From a virus (taxonomy: Duplodnaviria; Caudoviricetes), in IMG/VR virus record IMGVR_UViG_3300010354_006477, positions 1 through 60,512 of that record: DNA of 60,512 nt. One strand, written 5' to 3'. The notes below the pieces were generated by a model. It did not search any database, was not told the origin of the DNA, and saw nothing but the letters and a program-made list of their open reading frames with translations. Each line of letters starts with the position of its first letter. Positions within the stretch are counted from its first letter, which is position 1. The position numbers were made by a program, and so were the translations under genes. Shown here piece by piece: positions 28,699-37,618 of this stretch.

Positions 28699-28724
28699 AG
28701 CGTACTTAATTATTGAGAATAACT

Positions 28725-29468
28725 ATGCCAAATTTATCAGATGTCATTGCTCGTCGACACACTACAAGATTAATGGACGGCGAGATCAGCTCCGAGCATG
28801 AGAAAATAATTCTTGATAGCGCAAGGCGTGCTCCTAGTAAGAATAAAATTTACGGATACAAAGTTTTTGCTTTAGGTACTTCCGACAAGGCCACTGAACT
28901 TAAACAGCAGTTATGTGATGAAGTAACTAAGTGTCAAAATGAAAAAAACCAAACAGTTTATTTACTACAAACAAAAGCACCACTTGTACTAGTTTATATG
29001 GCGAATCCGGCACCTGAACATCAAATGGTAGATCTGCACGATTCAGCTGACACTGAGATATTTGATCGTGCTTACAGCGAAGTTAAAGATCAGATAAGTC
29101 GTTATGTAATGATTAAAAACAGTATTCGTGACGCAATGATCAGTGCTGCTTACGCACAGCTAACAGCTGAAGACTTAGGTTATGGCACTGCTTATGTGGC
29201 CTGCGGTCTTGAAGATCTCATGAGGAATTCTAAATTCATTGATTTATTTAAGGAAGAGTTTGGTGATAATTTTAAAAATGAACCAATAGAACCAGTGGTT
29301 CTTGTTTGTATTGGCCCGAAGCATCAAAAAATTAAAGACATAATTTCGGGTCAAAGCGACTCGTGGCGAGAATCATATTTAGATGGTGAAACACATTATA
29401 AAAGAAATGGCCGAGAGGAAAGCTTTTTTATTAACAAAAAACAAGAAACAATGATCATAAAAATATGA
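28725..29468 (+). CDS. Nitroreductase-family flavoprotein
   Basis: RRHTTR, RAPSKN, APLVLVY, DAMISAAYAQLTAEDLGYGTAYVAC. ATG at 28725. Confidence 0.8.
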   Translation: MPNLSDVIARRHTTRLMDGEISSEHEKIILDSARRAPSKNKIYGYKVFALGTSDKATELKQQLCDEVTKCQNEKNQTVYLLQTKAPLVLVYMANPAPEHQMVDLHDSADTEIFDRAYSEVKDQISRYVMIKNSIRDAMISAAYAQLTAEDLGYGTAYVACGLEDLMRNSKFIDLFKEEFGDNFKNEPIEPVVLVCIGPKHQKIKDIISGQSDSWRESYLDGETHYKRNGREESFFINKKQETMIIKI

Positions 29469-30667
29469 CCAAATTAACTTATTGTAGTAAAAGCTGGACT
29501 GATGTTAACATTGATTTTGAAAATCGTATATTGCGACATTGTTGCAAAGCAAGTGAATATAATTTCCCACAAGTATTAACATCTGAGTTTATCGGTCTCA
29601 GTGAAGAAATTCGTCGCCGGCGACAGCAAACTTTAGAAAATATAGAGCATAAAGATTGTGCAGTCTGTTGGAATGATTATAATAAAAGCGGAACAGCATA
29701 CAGGGACTGGGCCAACGAGTGGACTGATCCGTTTGTTGAAATCCGTAAAAATCAATTAGACACTGACAAATATATTCATTATATAGAAATAAAAACGGAT
29801 ACCACATGTGACATGGCCTGCTTGTACTGTAACGCAAACAGCAGCAGTAAAATTGCACAAGAAGAAGGTCGAATTATAATCAATAAAACCGATGAAAATG
29901 ATTATAAAGTCTTTAAAGATTGGATTCGAGATCATATTTCTAGTAAATTAACGCCTAAATTATTATTGTTTATATTTTTAGGAGGCGAGCCTACCGCCAG
30001 TGACCGATTTCACGAATTGGCAGATTACATCGAAGACTTGGCTGTAACAACAGATAAAAAAATAAGATTAGAAATTTGTACAAACGCTAATAGCAAAAAG
30101 TTTCTAATGGATAAAATAATTGCAAGAATGGACGCAAGTCGAATTACATGGGGAATAGGCATAAGCAATGAAAGTTTCGGGGAAGACGCTGAACTTATTA
30201 GACACGGATTGAATTGGCAGAGATTTCAAGAAAATTTTGTAAGATACATATCTCATCCTAAGACTGAATTAATTGTACTGAGCCCAACAGTAAATATTTT
30301 TAATTTGAAGTCTTTCCATCGTTATATGGATTGGGTACATGAACAATTTCGAACTCATGCTCCTGATAAAGAATTTACTTGGTACGGCAATTATATAAGT
30401 TGGCCTGATCAATTGGATATCTCACGCTTGCCAGCATCTTACAGTGTATATTTAGATTTATTAGAAAATTCATTTCAAAAAAATCGTAAAGATAAAAATT
30501 ATGTTTATCAAAATAGCTTTGAAGAATACATTAAGAAGATGAAACAACGACTAGGCATTGCTTATGATCCTGATTATAAATTAAAAGCAGAAGAATTTTT
30601 ATTAAAAAAACAGCAAGTGAAAAAAACTGATAAACTAATTAAACTCATGAACAATTTAGATCTATGA
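29465..30667 (+). CDS. Radical SAM protein with N-terminal twitch-like domain (type B)
   Basis: YCSKSW..HCC...CAVC, CDMACLYC, LGGEP. Confidence 0.9.
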   Translation: MTKLTYCSKSWTDVNIDFENRILRHCCKASEYNFPQVLTSEFIGLSEEIRRRRQQTLENIEHKDCAVCWNDYNKSGTAYRDWANEWTDPFVEIRKNQLDTDKYIHYIEIKTDTTCDMACLYCNANSSSKIAQEEGRIIINKTDENDYKVFKDWIRDHISSKLTPKLLLFIFLGGEPTASDRFHELADYIEDLAVTTDKKIRLEICTNANSKKFLMDKIIARMDASRITWGIGISNESFGEDAELIRHGLNWQRFQENFVRYISHPKTELIVLSPTVNIFNLKSFHRYMDWVHEQFRTHAPDKEFTWYGNYISWPDQLDISRLPASYSVYLDLLENSFQKNRKDKNYVYQNSFEEYIKKMKQRLGIAYDPDYKLKAEEFLLKKQQVKKTDKLIKLMNNLDL

Positions 30668-30897
30668 CAGACATCAAAGATTTTCCTCTTCGGCGCTTGC
30701 AGCTAGAAGCAGCCCGTGTTATCAGCACTATGCCTGCTACTAACGATAATATATATAAGTTTAACATAGCCAGCAGGCACAACAGCCAAGGATGGTATGT
30801 AGCTGCCATAGAATGGTATATTAAAGAATACGGCGGCTTGCCCAGTGAAGTTGGGCCCGGTAAAGATATTACATTTGTATACGAACAAGATGAGTGA
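30664..30897 (+). CDS. Small hypothetical protein
   Basis: 77 aa, overlapping both flanking radical SAM genes (ATGA at its start). Confidence 0.6.
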   Translation: MTDIKDFPLRRLQLEAARVISTMPATNDNIYKFNIASRHNSQGWYVAAIEWYIKEYGGLPSEVGPGKDITFVYEQDE

Positions 30898-32056
30898 TTT
30901 AAAAACTAGCGAATATGACTTTACTAAGATTCCTTACAAGGATCTAGTTAGAGTTGGACAAAGAACAATGTTATACCGCGATATGTTTACGGTAAGTTGG
31001 CTATTGGGCCGCTACTGTAACTATCGCTGCTCTTACTGCTGGCCTTATGCTCGCAGTGATACTAAAGATCATCGTCCTACTCCGTTAATGTTAAAGACTG
31101 TGGACGAGATTAAGCGTCAGGCTCGCGAGCGCGGATTCAACAGTTATCACTTTAGTCTAAGCGGCGGAGAGCCTACATTCCATCCTGCCTATATCGATAT
31201 ACTAGAGCACTTAAATGCTGATGTAGCTAACACAAACTATACCAGCGTTCATATGACCAGCAATATGAGTAGACCTTTAAAATGGTTCGAACAAAAGTAT
31301 GTACCAGCTGTAAAGCATTTCCATCGCGCTAGTATTACTGCTAGTTGCCATAGAGAGCATGTTAACACGCAGGATAAAGTTGCTGAGTTCGCCGACAAGC
31401 TGGTATTGTGCCAAGAGTACGACACACAAATAACTATCAATATGGTTATGGTGCCCGAGCAGTTTTATGAAATATATGACTTGGCATTATACTTCCATGA
31501 TAGAGGTATTAATGTAACGCTCAAGCCTCAAAGCGACCCTACTGCCAGTCGTGTAGTAGATGGCTACACTGAAGACATGTTAGCTAAATTGCACAATGGC
31601 ATGCCACAACGAGCATACACAGAAGTTAAGGCTCAGGCTGCTGGCCTAGTTGCAAGACCCAAGCCAACTTACATGATTGACAAAGCCGACCCGCAGCGTA
31701 AGAAACAAGTTGATGTTCCACCGCATTATCAAGTTGAGTTTGTTGATAAAGACGGCAAGCCGTGGTTCATGGACCAAGCCGAACGATTTAATGCTTTCAA
31801 CTTTAATAACTTCCACGGTTGGGAGTGCAGCAGTGGTTATCGTAGCATTATCATTCGTGAACCAGATGGCACTGTTAAGCGTAGTTATAGCTGTAGCGAA
31901 GTCCCGTTGGGACACATTGAAACTGGTTTTAAATTATACGACAAGCCTATGCCATGCGGTGGCCACAGTTGTGTAAGTAGTGCTGACAGTAAAATCCCCA
32001 AGCGAGCCCCGGGTACCAAGCTGCCATTATTTCCCGGAGATCGAACCTATGAGTAA
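30890..32056 (+). CDS. Radical SAM protein with C-terminal Cys-rich domain (type C)
   Basis: CNYRCSYC, SGGEPT, GWEC...SC...C...CVSSADSKIPK. ATG at 30890. Confidence 0.9.
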   Translation: MSDLKTSEYDFTKIPYKDLVRVGQRTMLYRDMFTVSWLLGRYCNYRCSYCWPYARSDTKDHRPTPLMLKTVDEIKRQARERGFNSYHFSLSGGEPTFHPAYIDILEHLNADVANTNYTSVHMTSNMSRPLKWFEQKYVPAVKHFHRASITASCHREHVNTQDKVAEFADKLVLCQEYDTQITINMVMVPEQFYEIYDLALYFHDRGINVTLKPQSDPTASRVVDGYTEDMLAKLHNGMPQRAYTEVKAQAAGLVARPKPTYMIDKADPQRKKQVDVPPHYQVEFVDKDGKPWFMDQAERFNAFNFNNFHGWECSSGYRSIIIREPDGTVKRSYSCSEVPLGHIETGFKLYDKPMPCGGHSCVSSADSKIPKRAPGTKLPLFPGDRTYE

Positions 32057-32828
32057 ATTAACCATCGGCATTTACGGTGATAGCTTTGCAAATTCAAATT
32101 TAGATTCTGACAGCAGTAAAAGCTGGCCAGCTATTTTAGCAGAAGATTTCACAATTAAAAATTACGGAGCACCGGGTAAATCTATAATTCATTGCTATCA
32201 TGATTTTATTGAAACATCACAATCTAATTACTATAATATCTTTGTTATTCCTATTGCGGGAAGAATGTATTCTAAAAAACTAGAAGATATGTTTCCTAGC
32301 GACAAATCATTTCATAAGTACTGGTATAATAATTATACATTAGTACTGACAATGAAAAAAACAGTACAGCTCGATACAACATTCCCCAATGAGGCAAGCA
32401 AAAACCGAGCAGCTAATATAATTGATAGTGTAGCTGCATATTACGAACATTGGAAAGATTTTCGTTACGATAACATCGTTCAATCTACAGTTGTTGAGAG
32501 TTTGAAAAGAAACACGCAAAATACACTATTCATTGATACTAATGCAAATAATAATGATAACAGTGATATAGGCTTATTACAGCTTTCTAAGTGGGAACTT
32601 CGACAGACTGGACATGATGATATGTTAGGTATACAGCCAAATAGTGGAAAAACTCTTTTTGCACATGACCTTCGAAAAAATCATTTTTCTGAAGAAAATA
32701 ATACAGTATTAGCTGCAAAAATTAAAGATGCTATGAATAGCAATATTAGTGAATTAAAAATTAATCACAATGATTTTGTTATTCCGACTAAAGACACTCA
32801 TAAGTTTATTAAATGGAAAGAATTATGA
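32049..32828 (+). CDS. SGNH/GDSL-like protein
   Basis: IYGDSFA, SW, NYGAPGKS, DLRKNHFSEENN. ATG at 32049. Confidence 0.65.
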   Translation: MSKLTIGIYGDSFANSNLDSDSSKSWPAILAEDFTIKNYGAPGKSIIHCYHDFIETSQSNYYNIFVIPIAGRMYSKKLEDMFPSDKSFHKYWYNNYTLVLTMKKTVQLDTTFPNEASKNRAANIIDSVAAYYEHWKDFRYDNIVQSTVVESLKRNTQNTLFIDTNANNNDNSDIGLLQLSKWELRQTGHDDMLGIQPNSGKTLFAHDLRKNHFSEENNTVLAAKIKDAMNSNISELKINHNDFVIPTKDTHKFIKWKEL

Positions 32829-34138
32829 CAAATACATTTTGTCCCATCCCATGGATATTCCAAGCAGTACGCAACAATGGAGACATTCGTGTATGCTGTC
32901 AAGCTAATGTAACCGAGAACCAGGGCGTAGTTCGCAAAGCAGATGGCACTCCATATAATGCCGGCCGCGATGATATGACTGCTGCTCGCAATGCAGAACT
33001 AATGCGCGAAGTTCGCAAGAACATGCTAGTAGGTGAATGGAGTCAAGAATGTGGCCGCTGCCAGCAAGAAGAATCAGCAGGACTTAATAGTCGTAGACAA
33101 TATGAGTTAGACAACTGGAAGTTCAGCATTGATGATGCTAGGTATGTTACCCAAGAAGATGGCACTATTAAAGAACCCAACTTAGAATACTATGACTTGC
33201 GTTTTGGTAACTTATGTAATCTTGCTTGCCGTATGTGTGGTCCCACTGACAGTCATACTTGGTACGAACAATGGACAGAATATCATGGCAGTACAGAATA
33301 CAAAGACACGCACGGTACAGTTAAACTAACTCGCAATGATAATGGAAGGTTAACCACCAAAGACTACGATTGGCATAGCAGCGAAACATTTTGGCAACAA
33401 ATAGAAGCAAACATTCCTAATCTAAAACATGTTTACATGGCAGGTGGTGAACCCATGATGATTGAGCGTCATTATGAGTTCTTACAAAAATGTATTGACA
33501 TGGGTCAAGCGGGCAAGATGATTCTAGAGTACAACACCAACATGAGCAACTTGCCTAATCGTGTACTAGACATGTGGACCAAGTTCAAACAAGTTCGTGT
33601 TGGTGCTAGTATGGACGGTATGGGCGCTGTAGTGGAATATCAGCGTTGGCCATTAAAGTGGAGTCAAGCATACAAGAACTTACAAAAGCTAGATGAGTAT
33701 GCACAGGCAAACAGTAATATATTGCCATGGATGGCCTGTACTGTTACCGCATATAATGTTTGGCATATTCCACAGTTTATGCGTTGGAAATTAAACGAAA
33801 GCGGTTTTAAGAAAATTAATGCCACGAAGAAGCGTCCTATTATTACACATCATGTAGCACATGGGCCCAAGCGAGTAAACATTAGAATACTTACTCCTGA
33901 ACTTAAACAACGCTTAGTAGATTACTATGCTCGAGAGATAGATTATTTTAAAGATAATTTCGAGGAAGATATTGCTAAGAATGCTGCCAGCATATTAAAC
34001 AGCATAACCAAGTATGCACTAGCAGCCGACTACAGCGATAAACTACCTGAGTTTATTCGATTTACAAAATACTTAGATTCGGTTCGCGATCATAGCATAT
34101 TAGATATTGCATATGAGTATGAGGAGTTGTTTAAATGA
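32813..34138 (+). CDS. Radical SAM protein with N-terminal twitch-like domain (type B)
   Basis: FCPIPW..RVCC...CGRC, CNLACRMC, AGGEP. The start may be 32825. Confidence 0.92.
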   Translation: MERIMTNTFCPIPWIFQAVRNNGDIRVCCQANVTENQGVVRKADGTPYNAGRDDMTAARNAELMREVRKNMLVGEWSQECGRCQQEESAGLNSRRQYELDNWKFSIDDARYVTQEDGTIKEPNLEYYDLRFGNLCNLACRMCGPTDSHTWYEQWTEYHGSTEYKDTHGTVKLTRNDNGRLTTKDYDWHSSETFWQQIEANIPNLKHVYMAGGEPMMIERHYEFLQKCIDMGQAGKMILEYNTNMSNLPNRVLDMWTKFKQVRVGASMDGMGAVVEYQRWPLKWSQAYKNLQKLDEYAQANSNILPWMACTVTAYNVWHIPQFMRWKLNESGFKKINATKKRPIITHHVAHGPKRVNIRILTPELKQRLVDYYAREIDYFKDNFEEDIAKNAASILNSITKYALAADYSDKLPEFIRFTKYLDSVRDHSILDIAYEYEELFK

Positions 34139-34911
34139 AAATAGCAATATATGGAGACAGCTTTGCATACAACATACAAAGTAATTCTACGAAATCTTGG
34201 GTTGACTTATTATCAAATCTTTATGATGTAACATGTTTTGCAAGAACTGGAAGTTCTTTATATTTTTCTGTAGAAAAATTTTTAGCTACGCACAATCAAT
34301 TTGACAAAATAATTTTTCTAGCATCTATGCCTGGGAGATTGTATCTAGAGAATGAACCTCCGATAATAGATACTACTTCGCTAGCTGGAAAAAAGTTTAT
34401 TGAAGATAATATACACATAGGTGGATTAAGTAGAGCAGAATCTAAGTTAAAACAATATCAACCAATGATTGACTCGGACCAAATTAAACCGCACTCAGCA
34501 ATATATCATGAAATACAAGTCTTCAAAGCAGTTGTCGGATATTTTTTATATTTAAAAAATACGAAATTTGATCAATATGTTCATAATTTAATGATTGACA
34601 ATATTCTATCTATTAGATCTGACATTATATTAGTACCAACCTCTACTAATTCTATATGGTTCTATAAGGGAAAAAATGTAATGATGGATATATGGGAAAA
34701 AGAAAACATCGCATGGGATTGGAAACCCGCGGGTGCTGGATTTTTTAATGAAGATACTCGACACTGTCATATGACTGCAGAAAATAACAAAATATTTTTT
34801 GAAGATGTCATTAAATGGTTAGACGGAAGCCCAGTAAACATTGATGTTGAAAATTATATTCAACCCAGAGTCGAAGATAAAGATCTTTACTTCATCAATT
34901 CTTTTCAATAG
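34135..34911 (+). CDS. SGNH/GDSL-like protein, paralog of 32049..32828
   Basis: IYGDSFA, KSW, ARTGSS, DTRHCHMTAENN. Confidence 0.65.
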   Translation: MKIAIYGDSFAYNIQSNSTKSWVDLLSNLYDVTCFARTGSSLYFSVEKFLATHNQFDKIIFLASMPGRLYLENEPPIIDTTSLAGKKFIEDNIHIGGLSRAESKLKQYQPMIDSDQIKPHSAIYHEIQVFKAVVGYFLYLKNTKFDQYVHNLMIDNILSIRSDIILVPTSTNSIWFYKGKNVMMDIWEKENIAWDWKPAGAGFFNEDTRHCHMTAENNKIFFEDVIKWLDGSPVNIDVENYIQPRVEDKDLYFINSFQ

Positions 34912-34918
34912 TTTAAAA

Positions 34919-35476
34919 ATGAAAAAAATATTAATAGCAGGAAATCCTAACTACGGGCTTGCTCAAGCCATAAGCAGTAATCTAAATGATTATAATCTTA
35001 CTTTTGTTAGTAGAACAACACATAATTTAGATCTTACCAAAGCAGAAAAGCAACAGGAATTTGCGGCAATGAGTATAGATTATGACGCAGTTATCCTTAA
35101 TAGTGCATTATGGAAATTTAATCAAACTCTATTGTTGGAAGCAGTATATAAAAAGCTCAAAGCCGAAAACAAACGCACATTAATCATTGTTATTGGCAGT
35201 ACCACTGACAGAGTTAATAAGGCCACTGACTGGTTGTACAATGCTGAAAAGAAAGCACTAAGAGATTATGCTAATAGTCTAGGAATGACAGGTGTATGGG
35301 CCAATAATCCACGAGTAACACTAATAAGCTTCGGCACATTAAGTAATGTACAGCACAAGCATCCTGACAGAAAAACTATGCCAATAGAAAAGGCTGCTCA
35401 GTATGTACGTTGGATACTTGAGCAGCCCGATGATTTACATGTAAACGAAATTAGCATCGATCCATTACAGACCTAA
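34919..35476 (+). CDS. Short-chain dehydrogenase/reductase
   Basis: Rossmann-like IAGNPNYGLA, IGS, YxxxK (YNAEK) and a VNEISIDP end. ATG at 34919. Confidence 0.75.
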   Translation: MKKILIAGNPNYGLAQAISSNLNDYNLTFVSRTTHNLDLTKAEKQQEFAAMSIDYDAVILNSALWKFNQTLLLEAVYKKLKAENKRTLIIVIGSTTDRVNKATDWLYNAEKKALRDYANSLGMTGVWANNPRVTLISFGTLSNVQHKHPDRKTMPIEKAAQYVRWILEQPDDLHVNEISIDPLQT

Positions 35477-36313
35477 TTTTTGTTTGAATTCCGTAAGTTC
35501 TCGTTTACTCAGACCTTCTGCCATAGAGTCATTCCACTTAGCAGGATCGATTAAACTTTTTAAAAGACTACTTTCTTTGGCACTGAACTTCATCGAGTTA
35601 ACGGCATAGTCTTCAAATGCCTGGCATGCTTCGGGGAACAAGGGCTTGGCCAGTTCATACATAGCACGAGCGTATTCTCGAATCTCCCACTGTGCGTGAG
35701 GATCCATACGCAAGCGAGCCATATGTAAAAAGTTCTTTAAGTTAGCTTTCCAGTATAATTCAGTGTAACCACCCACCGGTAGCACACTTCTGGCCAACTC
35801 GCGAGCAAGCCCATTATCATCTTTGCCTAATAGCGCAGAGTATTCTTTATAAGCATTAAAGAAACTACGCTGAAAGGCATGTTGAACATTACGGCGTTCT
35901 TCAAAACCCCACTCCGATTCTTCGCGCCCTTGCTTGTTAGTTGTACTTTGCTTTTGAATCTGTTCCATTTCGGGAATGTAGAACTCATCTGTAAGCACAC
36001 TATAGCGAGCACTATATTCGTTCATGCTGGCAGTACGATGACGTACTAGTTGTCGCATAACGAAGATAGGAAGTTTAATGTGGAATTTTACTTCGCACAT
36101 TTCAAATGGTGTTGTATGTTCATGGCGCATCAAGTAACGAATTAAGTTACGATCATCTTGAACTTGTTTTGTGCCAGCACCATAGCTAACACGAGCAGCT
36201 TGAACGATTGCCGCGTCACTACCCATATGGTCAACAAGACCAACAAAACCATGATCCAATACAGGAACATAGTTTTTATCTTCTGCAAAATTAATTTCTG
36301 ATCTCTGTGTCAT
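35465..36313 (-). CDS. thyX: Flavin-dependent thymidylate synthase
   Basis: AARVSY, HTTPFE, RHRx7S motif (RHRTASMNEYSARY), ELARSVLP, HAQWEIR. Confidence 0.97.
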   Translation of the reverse strand: MTQRSEINFAEDKNYVPVLDHGFVGLVDHMGSDAAIVQAARVSYGAGTKQVQDDRNLIRYLMRHEHTTPFEMCEVKFHIKLPIFVMRQLVRHRTASMNEYSARYSVLTDEFYIPEMEQIQKQSTTNKQGREESEWGFEERRNVQHAFQRSFFNAYKEYSALLGKDDNGLARELARSVLPVGGYTELYWKANLKNFLHMARLRMDPHAQWEIREYARAMYELAKPLFPEACQAFEDYAVNSMKFSAKESSLLKSLIDPAKWNDSMAEGLSKRELTEFKQKLGL

Positions 36314-36615
36314 TTTTCGTCGCCAAATTGGCTTTGTAGTAGATGTCTAACGTAGTGAACAACCTTGTTCTTAATCTTAGCACTGTCAATAAAAACTTCA
36401 ATGTCTTGAATATTTTCTTTTAAATGTTCAAGACCGCGAGCTTTAAGAACTTCGCTGGCATCTTTCATACCAACTAAATCCTCTTGACTGAATTCTAAAA
36501 TTTCACCGTTATGAAGTTTAAGTTGAATGTGAGTGATGTATTCTATTGGAACTTCTTCCATGACCACATCTTTAAGGATCTCTTCAAAGCTTCGATCCTT
36601 GCGCCTAATTGCCAT
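36310..36615 (-). CDS. Hypothetical phage protein
   Basis: 101-aa ORF with ATGA overlap into thyX. Confidence 0.7.
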   Translation of the reverse strand: MAIRRKDRSFEEILKDVVMEEVPIEYITHIQLKLHNGEILEFSQEDLVGMKDASEVLKARGLEHLKENIQDIEVFIDSAKIKNKVVHYVRHLLQSQFGDEK

Positions 36616-36631
36616 GTGTCAGATTCCTTAA

Positions 36632-37225
36632 TTACTTTTTTTTAGTATATTTTCTTTTTGGCTTAACATCAGGAGCACTGGTGGTTGTGGTCACTTTGTT
36701 AGGACTCAATGCTTCGGCTTCTGCTAGTAAACGCTGTGCTTCTTTTTGGAAATAAGCAGCTTGACTACGCATTTGATTAGCAATTTGCGAATCGTCTAGT
36801 ACTCCGGGGCTCTTTGCTTCAGCAATAGGTTCGCCGCCGATGTCACCGCTAGTAGTTCGTCCGTTATTGTTAATAGATGCTATCTGTTGATTTAACTCAG
36901 TTAGTCCGATTTGAATTTCTCTAGTCGGCATCATAGTAACTTCGCGATTGTTTAGCTTAGTAAGCCATCCACTTAGATGCATAGCTTCTAGCATATTTCT
37001 GCCGTCATGGAATGTACTGCGACTTGCATACTTGAAAAAGTCCATGTCTTCTTGAGCACTCTCGCTTTCTACGGCAGTAATTAAGTCATCATGATATTGT
37101 TGAGGTAAACTTTCTGTTTCGACAACAAGGCAAGAAGTTTCGTCACCCGGTATTTCTCTAAATACCACAACGCACTTCTTGCCTGTGCCATTTACCTGCC
37201 CAACATGTTTGATAAATTGGGGCAT
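36632..37225 (-). CDS. Hypothetical phage protein with basic C-terminal tail
   Basis: 197 aa, AGGAG RBS, ends KPKRKYTKKK. Confidence 0.75.
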   Translation of the reverse strand: MPQFIKHVGQVNGTGKKCVVVFREIPGDETSCLVVETESLPQQYHDDLITAVESESAQEDMDFFKYASRSTFHDGRNMLEAMHLSGWLTKLNNREVTMMPTREIQIGLTELNQQIASINNNGRTTSGDIGGEPIAEAKSPGVLDDSQIANQMRSQAAYFQKEAQRLLAEAEALSPNKVTTTTSAPDVKPKRKYTKKK

Positions 37226-37237
37226 GATAAACTCCTA

Positions 37238-37459
37238 TTAAGCAGCTTCGGCGGCGTCGGCAGCAGCTTCAGCAGTGGCTTCGCCTTGGCCTTCTTGTGC
37301 AGCCTTTTGCTCTTCGGCTTGCTTCTGGGCATCGGCTAAAAATGCATTTAACTTTTCGGCTACAGCACCAACTTGGCCAATTTCCAGAACACTGAAAGCG
37401 CCGCGCTTAACAGCAGCATCGATTGCAGCCAATAATACACTTAGATCTTGAATGGTCAT
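37238..37459 (-). CDS. Small Ala/Glu-rich helical protein
   Basis: AGGAG RBS. Early-type and late-type promoters lie upstream. Confidence 0.75.
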   Translation of the reverse strand: MTIQDLSVLLAAIDAAVKRGAFSVLEIGQVGAVAEKLNAFLADAQKQAEEQKAAQEGQGEATAEAAADAAEAA

Positions 37460-37495
37460 ATAAATTTCTCCTTTTGATAAGTTATATACCTATTT

Positions 37496-37503
37496 TATTT
37501 ATA
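37496..37503 (-). promoter_or_regulatory. T4-like late promoter TATAAATA
   Basis: Exact match in intergenic DNA upstream of 37459. Confidence 0.55.
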
Positions 37504-37515
37504 GTACAGAGTCGT

Positions 37516-37544
37516 ATTGTACAGAAGTAAATGCAAAAAGTCAA
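37516..37544 (-). promoter_or_regulatory. Sigma70-type promoter TTGACT-17-TACAAT
   Basis: Read directly; intergenic. Confidence 0.6.
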
Positions 37545-37570
37545 ATGCAAATTTCATTAATTATATAGCA

Positions 37571-37606
37571 AAAATTAAATTAGGCCCCGTGGGGCCCAAT
37601 TTTTTT
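37571..37606. terminator. Probable intrinsic terminator, possibly bidirectional
   Basis: GGCCC-CGTG-GGGCC hairpin at 37583-37596 flanked by A/T tracts, just after the VWA gene stop. Confidence 0.65.
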
Positions 37607-37618
37607 AAATTATTGATC

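Noticed and set aside
887-31976. Short alternative-frame and antisense ORFs inside the cluster genes (for example 887, 3997, 8327, 15538, 31646)
   Set aside because: They lie almost wholly within well-supported genes and show no RBS or motif support.
13490-34138. Classical RiPP cluster
   Set aside because: No evident precursor peptide, RRE/PqqD domain, peptidase or exporter, and the neighbours are sugar enzymes. Not fully excluded, because the substrate may be encoded elsewhere.
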